DNA of 64,000 nt from Euprymna scolopes (taxonomy: Eukaryota), in assembly GCA_053919585.1 (NCBI GenBank), contig CM132806.1; one strand, written 5' to 3'. Numbering within the stretch: position 1 is the first letter of the stretch; each line of letters opens with the position of its first letter. Shown one piece after another: positions 14,180 to 27,419 of the stretch. The notes under the pieces are model-generated. The model saw nothing but the letters and a program-made list of their open reading frames with translations. It was not told the DNA's origin and did no database searches. A program made the translations under genes and the position numbers.

Positions 14180-15100
14180 TAAGGAGCGCCTTAAATAAGT
14201 TTATAATCTTTTTCGCAAGGGCACTTTTGTTGATATTATATAAATGAAACTCAATGCCCTTTCGAAGTAACCTACTCCTGCTGTAATTCGCGTGTTATGT
14301 GGTTTTAAAAACTTCTGAAAGGCGGTATTATATTCCTCTTTATTTACATAGGAGTCATCACTTATGAAAGCCCAGCACCCACTCGAGGATAAGGGTTAAA
14401 TGGTTGTGTGATCGTGACAATAACCCTCGTCACAGCCTCTTTTATCTCCTCAATTGCCACGTAATGACATCCTCTAAGGTTTTCTTTGAGCTTAAAAGTC
14501 ACAGGAAGCAAAGTATGAACTTTTGAGAGGGTGAGGAACGTTTTTGCTGCCCATCTTGATCAAATAGTCTGTGACAACGATGGAGTTATGGACTGCATCG
14601 CTCGGACAAACTTCGCACAAATCTTCCGCATCCTCTATTCCTCGCGAATAATTGAGTGTATAGTTCTCGCACTGGCACCATACGGCGCTCTTATTGTAGC
14701 TATGAACACACGACGGTCCTTAACCATGAAATTCTTTATTTGGATAACCAACTCTTTGGCTGCCTTTATATCTCCATACCTTTTATCATACCTCAAAGAT
14801 TCCCTGCCTTTCACGATTCCATCATTCTACTCAAAACTAATGTTGGATTCATGTAAGATGCTCCAAAATAACTCCGAAGCATTCCATATGATTATGTAGC
14901 ATTTTCCAAGTTTTAAACAAAATTTTATTGCATATTGTTCTTTTAAAGTGTTTTCATGCCCAGATTTCATTTTTTAAATTAACCAGCTGTTCAAATTTGA
15001 TTTTAGTAGAGTGTATTCCATTTGCTGCTGTATCTGTTGATTTCAACCTAAAATAATAAACTGTTCATTTATATCATAAAATGTATAGCAACAACTGAAC
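14180..15100 (-). mobile_element. Mariner-family remnant, same family, inverted
   Basis: 14180-14320 is the reverse complement of the 12810-12950 terminus. Right boundary is approximate. Confidence 0.55.
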
Positions 15101-15609
15101 TATTTTGTGTCTATGACAATTTTAAATGCGTTTACAAAAATGTAAGGAAATTTATAAAAGGCACTTCGTACACTGTGTTTGCAATGGGAATCGCTTTATA
15201 CACGGCGTCAAGCAACTTAATGTAATATGCTTACAAGCAATATATGATTTTCAGTTGCGATTATGTTTATCTGATCTAGTGTCCTTTTTGCAACCATGTC
15301 CAGGTATTTCCTCGCGTCTTTTCTTTCGTTTTCCCATATGTTGTCCATGTATGTACATTTTCCTGATTTTACTCATATTTTGTTCATGTTCCGCTTTAAT
15401 TGATATTGTGTTTATTGACAGCTGCTATGGCATGTAAATTGAGGGAATCACGTGGAAACATTTTCTTTAAAATTATGCGTTCCGAATCTATTCTTGAAGT
15501 GACAGAAAATGAGCAGAAAAGGGGTCAGATGCATGTTTTCTTGAGTATATGCATTAAAAAAAATATTGCATTTTAACCCCAAACAAAGCACATTGCCACT
15601 TTGATGTTG

Positions 15610-16620
15610 GGTGCTACTATCAGGGACATAAGCTATAGGGGTACTATGTGGGGAGTTGGGCAGCAACATGTCGGTTCACGTTACATTTGAACTTCTGTAT
15701 GTCAGTACAGCTGGGGAAGCAGGAACCCGGAAGGGAATTCCAAAGTCTAGCGGTTCTGGGGAAGAAACTTCTGGAGTAAAAGGCTCTCTTACATCTTGAA
15801 ATCTCAATTGTGAACGGGTGGGATTTTGCTGCTTGTCGGGTTTGTCGGGGTATTTACGTCGAGAGGGTACAAGTGCTTGCAGTTTTTCGGAGAATTAACC
15901 GTTAAAGTACTTGTAGAACAGGTAGAGGGATGCTATATTTCGTCGATGGGACAGAGGCTGAAGCTTAGATAACTGTTCAGGGTCTATTAGGCTGGCGACT
16001 CTCTTTTAAACTTTGTCTAGGAGTAAGAGACAAATAGCAGATGCACCAGCCCAAATATGACAACACTACTTCATACATGGGCGAATGGTGGCCTTATAGA
16101 GATACAGGATACTTTCGGGTGTTAGTAGCTTTCTAGCACAGTCGAGAGAACCTACCTTCTTCACAGCGGTCCTGCCAATGCACTCAATGTACTTGTTCCA
16201 ACTCATGTTTCCTGTGAATGTTAGGCCGGAGAGTTTAAATGATGTACTTTCAGATAAAGAGTCTATTGCCATCGCTATTGGTGGCAGAGAAGGTTTCTTG
16301 TAGTTATTGAAGGAAACAAGTTTAGTCTTGGCAGCATTGAATGTGACCATCCATTTCTGTCCCGATTTCACTGCAGATTGGAGGTCATCCTCTAGTGTTT
16401 CTGCCATTTCCTTAGATATGTATTCATTTGTTTTCCTTTCGTGTCTGTTATAGAGTGTCGGGTCATCAGAATATATACCCATCTCACAGACAATTTTGTC
16501 AAGGAGGTCATTTATGAATATTAGGAATGACAGAGGTCCAAGATAGACCCCGGAGGAACTCCGGGCTTAAAATCATATTGTTTAGATGTACGACCACCGA
16601 GGACAACCTGGATTTTTCTC
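15610..16620 (-). mobile_element. CR1-group LINE 3' fragment
   Basis: IYSDD, WMVTFNAAKT, LYLYKATIRP. A related 3' end occurs at 41430-41680. Confidence 0.8.
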
Positions 16621-16665
16621 TTAGAAGGATTTAATTATGTTCTTTTTAGAATGTTATATACGTCA

Positions 16666-16716
<51 letters not shown>

Positions 16717-17282
16717 GTGTGTGTAATGAAAATAGTACGATGAGTTTCCGTCTAGTTATCTTTTTATTCAATTAAGAACTCGACTACTTGTGTAAGCGAA
16801 AAGCGGAAATGCACAGCTTTTATAATTTTAGAATTATTAAAGGGAGATAGTCCGTATTCACAACATCCTCGCACGCAAAATTTCTCGCTCATAGAGAGAA
16901 AGTTCCTTAGATGTCCCCGCTCCCTACGAGCTTGCAGTGGCCGCTTCGCCGGTCCATGGTTCGGTGTCAAAGTACACAAACTGTTAGCCTCTTCAGTGCG
17001 AGTCTGTCTTTTGGCCCTAAAATACCTTGCTCCGAAATCTTTGAGAAATACTGAAAGGGTAAGCACTAGCACTTTTATTTTTTGACAGCTGAGAGATACA
17101 GTGGCAACGGTCGGTGAAGATTGAAGTTGAAATCGGTGGTTCGCAAGAAATTTGGACGAATATTTATTATAATTTTTTATCTCAGTTTCATACAAGCTAT
17201 GTTGGACTCTCATTTTTATTTATTTATTGATTTTTTTTTATTTTTTGGAGTTGCTGGACATGGCAAAAGTAAAGATCACCAA

Positions 17283-17363
<81 letters not shown>

Positions 17364-18339
17364 CCTTTCTAATGTGATGGGGACGTGCCTGGTTTTCTAA
17401 CTATATTTCGATGGAGTTGCAGCAGGCATCGGACCTTGATGCCTTGACTATTGCTGATTTACTCGACGAGCTAGGATACTCACGCAAGATAAATCTAAAG
17501 ATACTGATTCAGTTACGCAGCTACATCGAATTGAGGTCACAGTTCCGCCCACAACGAATCCTCGGACAGGGACCATCTGTTATAGATGCAATAATCATGG
17601 CCATATAGCAAAGGACTGCACAAGCGTCAAAATGTCGCGACATAAATAACGATATTAATTTATATATTGCGGACTATTATTCTCATCTTTATTAATTGTT
17701 GTTTCACGACGTTCGGCCAACTATATAACATTCTAAAAAGAAAATATTCTCTATTAGAGTAGATAAATTCAGGACTTTATTTAAGTACTATACTTAATAT
17801 AGACTATTACTGCAAGCTTGCCTATATTTAAAATGCTTGCTTCCTGGCTAGACAATCAAACCATCTAATATAGTTACCCTTATTTTTCAATTACATTCGA
17901 AATATAATACAGTGCCATTAGCAAAGAAAAGGTTGCCTATGAAAACGAACCTCCTAAAGTAAACCCTTGAATAATTATCTAAAATCGAATGTAAATTAAT
18001 ATTAAGCCGACTTTACAAATAGATAAAAGTTAATTATTGGATTTTAATTAATTATAAGGTGAAACTCCAATGATTCAAACTCGATAGATAACGACAAACT
18101 TCCACCCATTAATATGGGAGGGGAGATCATCATCAAAAGTGTCCTGAATTGTTAACTTAGCACCGGACTTACTACTTAGATATAAATAAGTAATTTGTAC
18201 CCATTCCCGTCCTCCCCCTTTTTTTAATGGAGAGTAGACAATACAGTAGATGTGTTATCGGCAGCTCCAATAACTATCGCTTTTCCTTTTTTGTCCCTCA
18301 GTCCTCATTCAATGAGGTATTTTTCTGACAAAGGGTGAA

Positions 18340-21100
18340 GAAAAAGCTGCTTAAATGTCGGTATTACTTGGTGACCAGTAGTCTGAGATGTCGGAAGTTT
18401 TTCTGTCTCTGTCTGTCCTTGTGGCCATGTTACTAGTAAGGGTGCTGGAGGTAAACGTTTGTCTGGGCTGACGTTATCCGCCTGATAGTCAGGGACCCGA
18501 GCCTTGAATTAACCACTAATGAGGCTGTCCTATCAACAGGCGCAAAGTACTGGGAGTGCTGTATTGCTATTTGGTGAGTGGATCTGGACCATGCGGTAGA
18601 CTCTGGTGGGGCCTCTCGATGCCATACTAGTGGATAATTGTTACGGCTTTACCTGTTCGTGTGCTACAAAAAAAATCTGTCTTTTTCTCTCTGACTTTCC
18701 CTCTCTGTACTGCTCTAATTAAGTATGCCGACCTATTCCACAAATCCCAAAACCTCAACATGAAATATCTCCAGAATAAAAACTCGATTAAACCTAGAAC
18801 CCCATATTCCAACGTAAACCCCTACTACCAGGTGTCCTTCTCCAACATGAGGGGTCTACGTTCCAACCTTCCAAATTACAGGAGACGAAACCGAACATAT
18901 TATTTCTAAGTGAAACTGGAATAGGGCCGACCACTTCCCTAGATGAGTTCATAATTAACGGATACTCTAACTTAACAGCTAAATCTGACCCCCAAGATCC
19001 CATGGGCATGGAATATGTGCCTACATTAAGGATGGCTTCCCGTGTGGCAGGGATATCTCTAGAGAAGATCCTAATTTACCCTATATGTGCTTCAGCGTTG
19101 GACTTGCTAACACCACTGCATTTATATTTGCCCTATATCGGCTCCACAACAGCGGAGTTACTATCTTTAAGAGCATATCTGAGAAAATAGACCACATACT
19201 GTCTGCGCATCCCTCGGCTAACATCCACATTTGTGGTGACTTCAACGTCCATAACGTGGAATGGCTGACCCATTCAAATAAGACAGACGATGAGGGGAGG
19301 TTTTGTCATGATTTTCCCATTGCGTGAGGTCTCACTCAGATTGTTCGCAAACCCTCCCGTGTGCCCGATACACCCGGTCAATATGTAAGCCTCCTAGACC
19401 TTTTTCTCTCAACTTCCCCTGAGCTATGTTCATGTTCCGTTCATTCTCCTCTAGGATCCTCCGACCACTCCGTCGTATCAGTTAAGATAAAAACGAAATG
19501 TAAGAAGTCCCCAAACGTACCCTTCCACCGTACTGTATACAGATACTCTATGGCTGACTGGGATAGCTTCCGTAAATTCATATCTGATTTACCTCCCATA
19601 CTTACGAAACTATTTAAGCACTGCCTTAAGGAGAAGTGCTTTCCGACTCCCTGGAAGACCTCATCAGTTTGCCCTGTATTTAAGAATGCAGGTGATAAGT
19701 CATCTCCCTCTCAGTACAGGCCAATAAGTCTCCTGTGTGTTATGAGTAAGATGCTGGAATCCATATTAAATAGATAAATAGTCAACCACCTCAACAGGAA
19801 CAACCTTCTTAGTGACACGCAATATGGTTTCCTTTCTGCAAGATCCACAGCAGATGTGCTGACGGTTATATCCCACAGGATAGTGAATCTCTTGACAAAG
19901 GCTTCCTTTCTAGGGCAATTGCTCTTGACATATCAAAGGCCTTCGACAAGGTATGGCATAAGAGTCTATTTCACAAGATTTCCAGCTACGGTATAACTGG
20001 AAATGTTTTCTCAATCATTAAATCATTTCTCTCTGATAGGCTCATAAGAGTAGTGGTAGATGGACAAAAATCGGAGGCCTGCAACATAAATGCTGGAGTC
20101 CCTCAGGGGTCAATCCTGGGTCCAACTCTGTTCCTGATCTACATCAATGACCTCCCTAAACACATACTTAAATCATTCGTTGACATCTTTGCTGATGACA
20201 CGACCATCTACGGCAACACATCAAAGGCTGTAAATGACAAAGTTTTCTCTGATTCTCTCTCCGCTGATCCCGAGCGCGTGGTTCAGTGAAGGAAGACGTG
20301 GCTTGTTACCTTTAATGCATCCAAAACCAAACTCCTATCCTTACATCATCAACGCTCTGATCCCCATCTGGCATCAATTGTGATGGAGGCCCCATGTTTT
20401 GACAAGCTTCTGGGTTTGACCTTTACTTCTGATCTGAAATGGAGCACGTACATCAAGTCAGTTGCCAAGGTCGCTGGAAAGATGGTGGGATCCTTCTACC
20501 GCTCCAGAAGATATCACACTACTGATGCAATTCTTTATCTATATAAAAGCCATGTACGTCCAAGGATAGAATACTGTTACCATATCTGGGTAGGAGCTGC
20601 TAAAAACAGCCTATCTTGCCTTGACAGAGTACAAAATAGACTTCGTGGCTTAGTGGGGGATGTTCTTTTCTCTTCCCTGCAACCTCTCTCCCACAAAAGA
20701 GACGTTGCGAGCCTACCCTTGTTTTATCGTTATTTCCATGGCAGGTGCTCGTCTGAACTCCAATCTCTGGTCCCCCCTCGCCAATCTTTCACGAAAAACA
20801 ACCGTCTAGCTGAATACACTGTGAAAAATTTCCCCCACTCTATATATGTGCCTTAATCAAAACGTGGATTCCATGAACAAAGCTTCTTTCTTAGAACTGC
20901 ACGCCTGTGGAACTCTGTTCCGTCTGCCTGCTTCCCACCGGACTACAACTTGGATGTCTTCAAGTCCAACGTTAACAAATTCCTAATTAACCGCCCTCTT
21001 AAGTAAACACTTCATCAAATCTCCACATTAACGTAATGTACTTGCAATAACCCTTATTCTGAGTAGCTTCCGGGCTTGATAAGTGGTGACTATTGCGTAA
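18340..21100 (+). mobile_element. CR1-group LINE (APE+RT single ORF), decayed, internally deleted
   Basis: Motifs FSNMRGL, ICGDFNVH, GSSDH, YRPISLL, LDISKAFDKVWH, GVPQGSILGP, FADD across broken frames. 3' end CTTGATAAGTGGTGAC is shared with other copies. Confidence 0.88.
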
Positions 21101-21157
21101 GAATTCTCAGCAATCAATGCCATACGTAGTTGTTGTAATCTCAGCACCTTTTTGGTC

Positions 21158-21191
<34 letters not shown>

Positions 21192-21924
21192 GATGAGAAA
21201 TAGTAGAAGAAAAGGGACAACAACCACAACAGCAACAACGATAATGATATGGAGAAGGAAAGAAAACTCGTTAATTATATATTTAGAAGAGGCAAAAGTG
21301 AAAACAAAAGAAACATAAAAGCAGTCGAACGGGGCTAAAGTAAGAAAAGAGAAAGAAGAAGTAGAAGAAAAATAGAAAATAGCAACATAATCAAGAGAAG
21401 AAAAGACGAACGACAAACTAATAAACAAGGAGGGCAAAATAAACAAGAAGAAAAAACAGAAGGAAGAAATATAAGTCGAGAAAGAAAGTTAATAGAAAAA
21501 GATGTGATGAAGGAGATTGAAAGCGATGACGACAAGGGTTCCATTAATAATGTGCTCGCTGGGCGTAACAAACACACGACAGGTTCGATAGGTCAGCCAT
21601 CGATCTGGCAGTAAAACGAAATGCTTCGTGGCTTCACCTAAGTAGCAGTTGTCAGCGGTACTCGTTTCGCGCCGGACACAAAATCAACACAAACATACCG
21701 AGTGCGTGAATAAACTAAAAGTTTGCCAAGAGAAAACAATTNNNNNNNNNNNNNNNNNNNNNNNNNNNNNNNNNNNNNNNNNNNNNNNNNNNNNNNNNNN
21801 NNNNNNNNNNNNNNNNNNNNNNNNNNNNNNNNNNNNNNNNNNNNNNNNNNNNNNNNNNNNNNNNNNNNNNNNNNNNNNNNNNNNNNNNNNNNNNNNNNNN
21901 NNNNNNNNTGTTTAACATTGTAAG

Positions 21925-21999
<75 letters not shown>

Positions 22000-22493
22000 G
22001 CGTTTACATATTTTTGTTTCATCTTTTCTGTTTTTTTTTTTATTATTAATTTTCCTACTTCGGGCAAGAAGTGATTGTTGCCAAAGTCACCTCTGACCAG
22101 AATACTTTCAGATCAAATAAAGCGCACTCTTATTAATAATGATTAAACTAACTTCAATATTGAACAACCAATTAGAACAGTTAAAATATTATTCATAAAA
22201 ATAACAGGATCTAATCCTTCACTAAAAACATATAAGTAAGCTTTGTTATCATGATCTGTTCGAGTTGATTAACATATTTTGAACAACAGCACTTCTAAAC
22301 ACCAGATTAGTCAACATAACTCTTCCCGTCTAATATTCATAAACTTTTATTTGACAACACACCTATTCATGGACATATCACTTACACACAAAAATTATGT
22401 GTAACTGAAACATTACTAATTAAAGTTAATCAAGTATTAATAACATAAGTTCCAATAACGGTGATAATATTCCTTATGGTCTTTATACTTACA

Positions 22494-23222
22494 CTAGCAG
22501 CGTATTTTACGATCGGCTTTGCCTGGTCGTAAAATACGCTAAAGTATGACATTTAAATTTGACCAGATTACACATATATTACGTTAGAGTCGTGATTTAA
22601 AAAGTGAAAAAAGAAGATATTAAATTGCCTTGAGCTAGAATCAAAACCGGAAACAAAACTATAGCATTCAAAACTGGTGATGTTATCACTGTACTAACGC
22701 GATACGCGTATAATCTGATTAAAATGAACTAAGAAGAATGTACAAAATGTATCATGATTCTTATTTTTAATTTAGAACACTTAGGAGTCCTCTTAACAAC
22801 TATTCTAACTGGTGATGTTATCATTGTACTAACGCGATACGCGTATAATCTGATTAAAATGAACTAAGAAGAATGTACAAAATGTATAGTGATTCTTATT
22901 TTTAATTTAGACTTGGGAGTCCTCTTAACAACTATCCTAACTGGTGATATTATCATTGTACTAACGCGATACGCGTATAATCTGATTAAAATGAACTAAG
23001 AACAATGTACAAAATGTATAGTGGTTCTTATTTTTAATTTAGACAACTTGGGAGTCCTCTTAACAAGTATTCTAACTAGCCAAAGGGCCATAAAAAACGG
23101 TCCATAAAAGCCCCAATAATTTGAAGCGTCTAGCATCCCTCTGCAACTTTTACTTTTGAGAAGAGATAGATTTTGAAAATATAGAGACGGACAGGCAGAC
23201 ATAGTTAGTTTTATAAATTAGA
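22494..23222 (-). mobile_element. Non-autonomous Helitron-like element with internal tandem repeats
   Basis: Minus strand A|TC...CTAG|T. Subterminal hairpin AGCGTATTTTACGA..TCGTAAAATACGCT at ~22499-22540. Confidence 0.65.
22672..23077 (+). repeat. 3 x 132-135 bp tandem repeat
   Basis: Unit begins AACTGGTGATGTTATCA at 22672, 22807 and 22939. Confidence 0.95.
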
Positions 23223-23545
23223 TAAATAAATAATGTACTTAATACTATGTAATTTAATGAGGAATAACAAAAAAAAACGTCTTCAATAAATAACACGAAA
23301 TCAATTCTGTTAATTGCTGCCACGATACATCAGGGCGAATATTAAAGTATCTGCTCAACATGATTATGGCAGCTACATCAGCTAGTTTATGTCGGAAGCA
23401 TAAAGATTGGAGATAATGCAAAACAAAATATGTAGCCAGAAATGTATTATGTTATTTAATAATACATATATTTATTAAAAAATATATTTAATAAAACATA
23501 TCTAAACCAGAAATGTTGCCTAAACACACACACATGCCTTATATA

Positions 23546-25149
23546 CACTTGTACCCGATATTATTCATACCCCCCCTTGAAAATTGAGTTTATTAGGTGT
23601 AACTTTGTAAGAATTTATTGTTTACGTCCATATTGATACATATTCTTAATAAACCTCTTCTGATCATTTTCGTCATTTTAAAATCCCGGGATACTTGTAA
23701 TAAAAGAAATATACAACTATTTACAAAATCTGCAATGTTCAAAAATAATCATACCCCCTTATTTGTTCAGTATTAATCGAGTTTCTGACTGTTTGTTTCC
23801 TGTTTGATTCTTATTTTGAATGCTTGTATACAACCTTTGATTAATTTCATTTCGTTTTTTTGCATTTTTCAGAAATTAAAATGATATCAACTGAAAACCA
23901 ATAAAAGAATAAAAATTATTAGAATGGGGAAGAAAAAAGAGCTTAGTAATGATCTTAGGACTAAAATTGTGAATTCACATACGGATGGTTTAGGTTACAA
24001 GTCAATTTCCAAGAAATTTGAGGTCCCTACAGCAACAGTACAGAGCATCATCAAAAAATTCCAGAGCCACCACACAACAAACAACTTGATTGGTAGAGGA
24101 AGGAAAAGGAAACTGTCTGCTAGAGCCACCAGGAATATTGTAAGAAGTGTTAATGCAAATCCAACCACCACTACTAAGGACATTTTAGAAAATCTGGAGT
24201 CTTCTGGCATAAAAATATCAAGGCAAACATTGCAAAGGACTCTGCATGAAAATGGTCTGAAAGGAAGAAGACCAAGAAGGACTCCATTGCACACCGGAAA
24301 ACACCTTGCAGCACGTCTAAAGTTTACTAGGAACCATGTGAATTCTCCAGAGTCCGTTTTCTCAAGTATTTTGTGGACTTGAATTGTTTGGCCATATGGA
24401 TGCTGCTTACGTTTGGAGGAAGAAAGGAGAAGCTTACAACCCAAAGAACACCATACCCACGGTGAAACATGGTGGTGGTAGCCTAATGTTTTGGGGCTCC
24501 TTTTTCGGCTAGTGGTCCAGGTAGTTTGGTCAAGATAGATGGAACCATGAAGAAGGAGCAATATTTGGAGATACTCCAGAAAAACATTAGACAGGATGCG
24601 GAGAAGCTCCATTTAGGACCAAACTGGGTCCTTCAACAGGATAATGATCCAAAACATACTGCCAAAATAGTCAAGAAATGGTTTGAGGATAATCAAATAA
24701 ATGTTTTCGAATGGCCTAGCCAGAGTCCTGACCTGAACCCTATCGGAAACCTCTGGCACATATTGAAAACTGAGGTTAAAAAGCGGAAACCTAGAAATTT
24801 GAGGGATTTGGAGAACTACTGCATTGAAGAATGGTCAAAAATCAGTGTTGATGCTTGTAAAAACCTTGTTGATAAATATCCAAAACGGTTACAGGCAGTT
24901 ATTAAGAATAAAGGGCATGCTATTGACTATTAGTAAGAGAGGTATGAATAATTTTGAACTAGTGCCATTATTGTTTTTCTTTGTACAATGTTTCAAACTT
25001 GCATAATTTATTTATTGGTTGAGTTTAAATCAAATGATTATGCTTGATTTATTGTTTGAAATCCCTTTAATATTGTCTACCTTCTGGTTTGAGCAATATT
25101 CTTATAGTAATCTCAAAGATCCAAGGGGTATGAATAATATCGGGCACAA

Positions 25150-25152
<3 letters not shown>
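23546..25152 (+). mobile_element. Tc1-family DNA transposon, IR/DR type, full length (1.6 kb) but inactive
   Basis: Ends CACTTGTACCCGATATTATTCATACCCC and GGGGTATGAATAATATCGGGCACAAGTG, flanked by TA. Inner DR copies at about 23738-23757 and 24939-24958. Confidence 0.92.
23924..24933 (+). pseudogene. Tc1 DD34E transposase, disrupted
   Basis: Paired-like HTH N-terminus, [32 protein letters not shown] (catalytic E replaced by G). Deletion/stop at ~24380 and a further frameshift. Confidence 0.9.
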
Positions 25153-25214
<62 letters not shown>

Positions 25215-26745
25215 AGGCACTTTGTCTGTGTATGTGAGATCGTTCCCTATGGATTCAAAAAAAGCTTGGTCGACTTTTTACTAATTCCAGAAAAATATGT
25301 GCTTGAGAGTGTTCTTTAGTAGGTTTTCCATCTCAGATATGTTTTGATAATCGAAATACTCTGATTAGAATAAGAAGAGTTAATTGTTGCATTTTGTTTA
25401 TACATTTATATAGTCTACTTATTCAGTGGAAGGTCCCGTGCGTATAAAATTAACTGAAGATTCTTGGATTAGAAAGAGGCGCATTCAAAATGAATGCTCC
25501 TTTTCACATGTTAAGTTTAATATGATACTTACTTTTTTTCTTTATCTCCTCTTGATATGCATTGTTGTATCTGCATTTACTTTTCGCTGACGTTGTAAAA
25601 AATTGGCGGTTCTTTTTCATTGTATTATATACATGGCGGTATTGAAGTTTAGATACTGCCCAATGCAAGTTTAATTTCAGTATACATGCATAGTTATCCA
25701 CGATCAGATTGTTAAATCGTATCACAGTTCTCCGCTGAACCAAGACCAGCATTTATCCCAAACGGGGTCTAAGTAACAACGGTCGAGTTGATTATCAGTA
25801 GCTCTATCCAGCATTCAAGTTGGGCAGGCGCAATGGACAATGATATCTCACAATGATTTATTTCAATATTGGCTGCTTTGCATTATATATACTAGAAACG
25901 TATCCTGCGTTATCATAGGAATCGAATTGATTTTCCCCATACATAACATTATAGCAGATGATACACATAATGTGTATCATCTGCTATGACGCCATACATG
26001 ACGTGAAAACATACATACATGCACATTATATGACTGAACTGTGAATAACCAAACAAACAGACAAGAATAACAATATATATATATATATATATATTCATTT
26101 ATATAAATTGTCATTCTTGTCTGTTTGTTTGGTTATTATATATATTATATATATACACGCAAAGCCTCAAAGAAAAAAAAAGAAACGATCACAACAAAAG
26201 TCGGCCCTGGTGATAATCGGATGCACTGACCAAATGCGCTTGAAATAATATTGCTGAACAACTTTTGGGTGCCATTTTTTTTAATACATTAAACCAGATG
26301 AAATTAAAAAGACGGCTTAGCGAATGGACAAGATATCTAGAAAATCGGTAAAAAGATTCACCTTGTCGTGTTCAATGCAATCGTGCTTGAATGTGTTTTT
26401 TTTTAATTTAATAGGTTATTTATTTTTTAAATCTAAAGAATTGATCATTTAATTATACGGAAATTGACACCGGGCATTCTTCCTTCAAACTTACCCCCAT
26501 CTCATTTACGCTGTTGGATAATTATAGATTTTCTTCTTTTGCTTTAAAATTTCTTTTTGGGTGAGTTCCAACGATAAGGAACAGACGTTTACGTAAATAA
26601 CAAATAATTTCTTTACATTAATTTCGGTCACTAAAATCAAATATATTTTACAGTTTATAACATTGTTACTAAAAATAATTACCCTATCTATGCATGTTTG
26701 CTTTCATGGCAAAATATAAATGTCGCAATGAATATAATAATAATA

Positions 26746-26803
<58 letters not shown>

Positions 26804-26804
<1 letters not shown>

Positions 26805-27331
26805 TGATTTCGTTTATGAACGTCTCTCTGGAAAGGGATGGGATTCATTTCCAGAGGATTTCCCTTAATCCCGGCTTCAAACCAGGAGCTTCAAAGGTCT
26901 AGGTTTTCCTAAAGCTATTGGTGGTTCCTATAATTGCAGAGGTTTGAAGGCCACCTAAAACATCAGGAATTTGTAGGTTTTTTTCAATTGTCGTTCCAGA
27001 CGACTTGTTACTACTCCTACTGTACCAGCTACGACCGAGATTATTTGTGTTTTAACTCCGTGTATACGCCTTATCTCCAAGGCAAATGGATTATACTTGA
27101 TTCACTTCTCATTCTCCTTCTCTGTCTCACATTCCTGCCCCGGGGTACTGAAAAGTCTACAATCTGCCAGTTTATTGAGACCTTGTCAATGACGACCAAA
27201 TCCGGACGATTATGTTCCTTATGTTCCAATTGTATGGTCGTTATGGCACTTTTGTCCCACCATACCTCTACATTGCCATTCTCACTTGTTCTCACTTCAC
27301 CATGCACCTCCTCAAACCATTTACAGTACAC
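26804..27331 (-). mobile_element. R4/Dong-like RLE retrotransposon 3' fragment
   Basis: VWWD..HNRPDLVVID..IVDFSVP (PD..D nuclease). The 3' end runs into (TAA)n. Confidence 0.75.
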
Positions 27332-27373
27332 TTCTTCTTCTTCTTCTTCGTCTTCTTCATCATCATCATCATC

Positions 27374-27414
<41 letters not shown>

Positions 27415-27419
27415 TAAAA

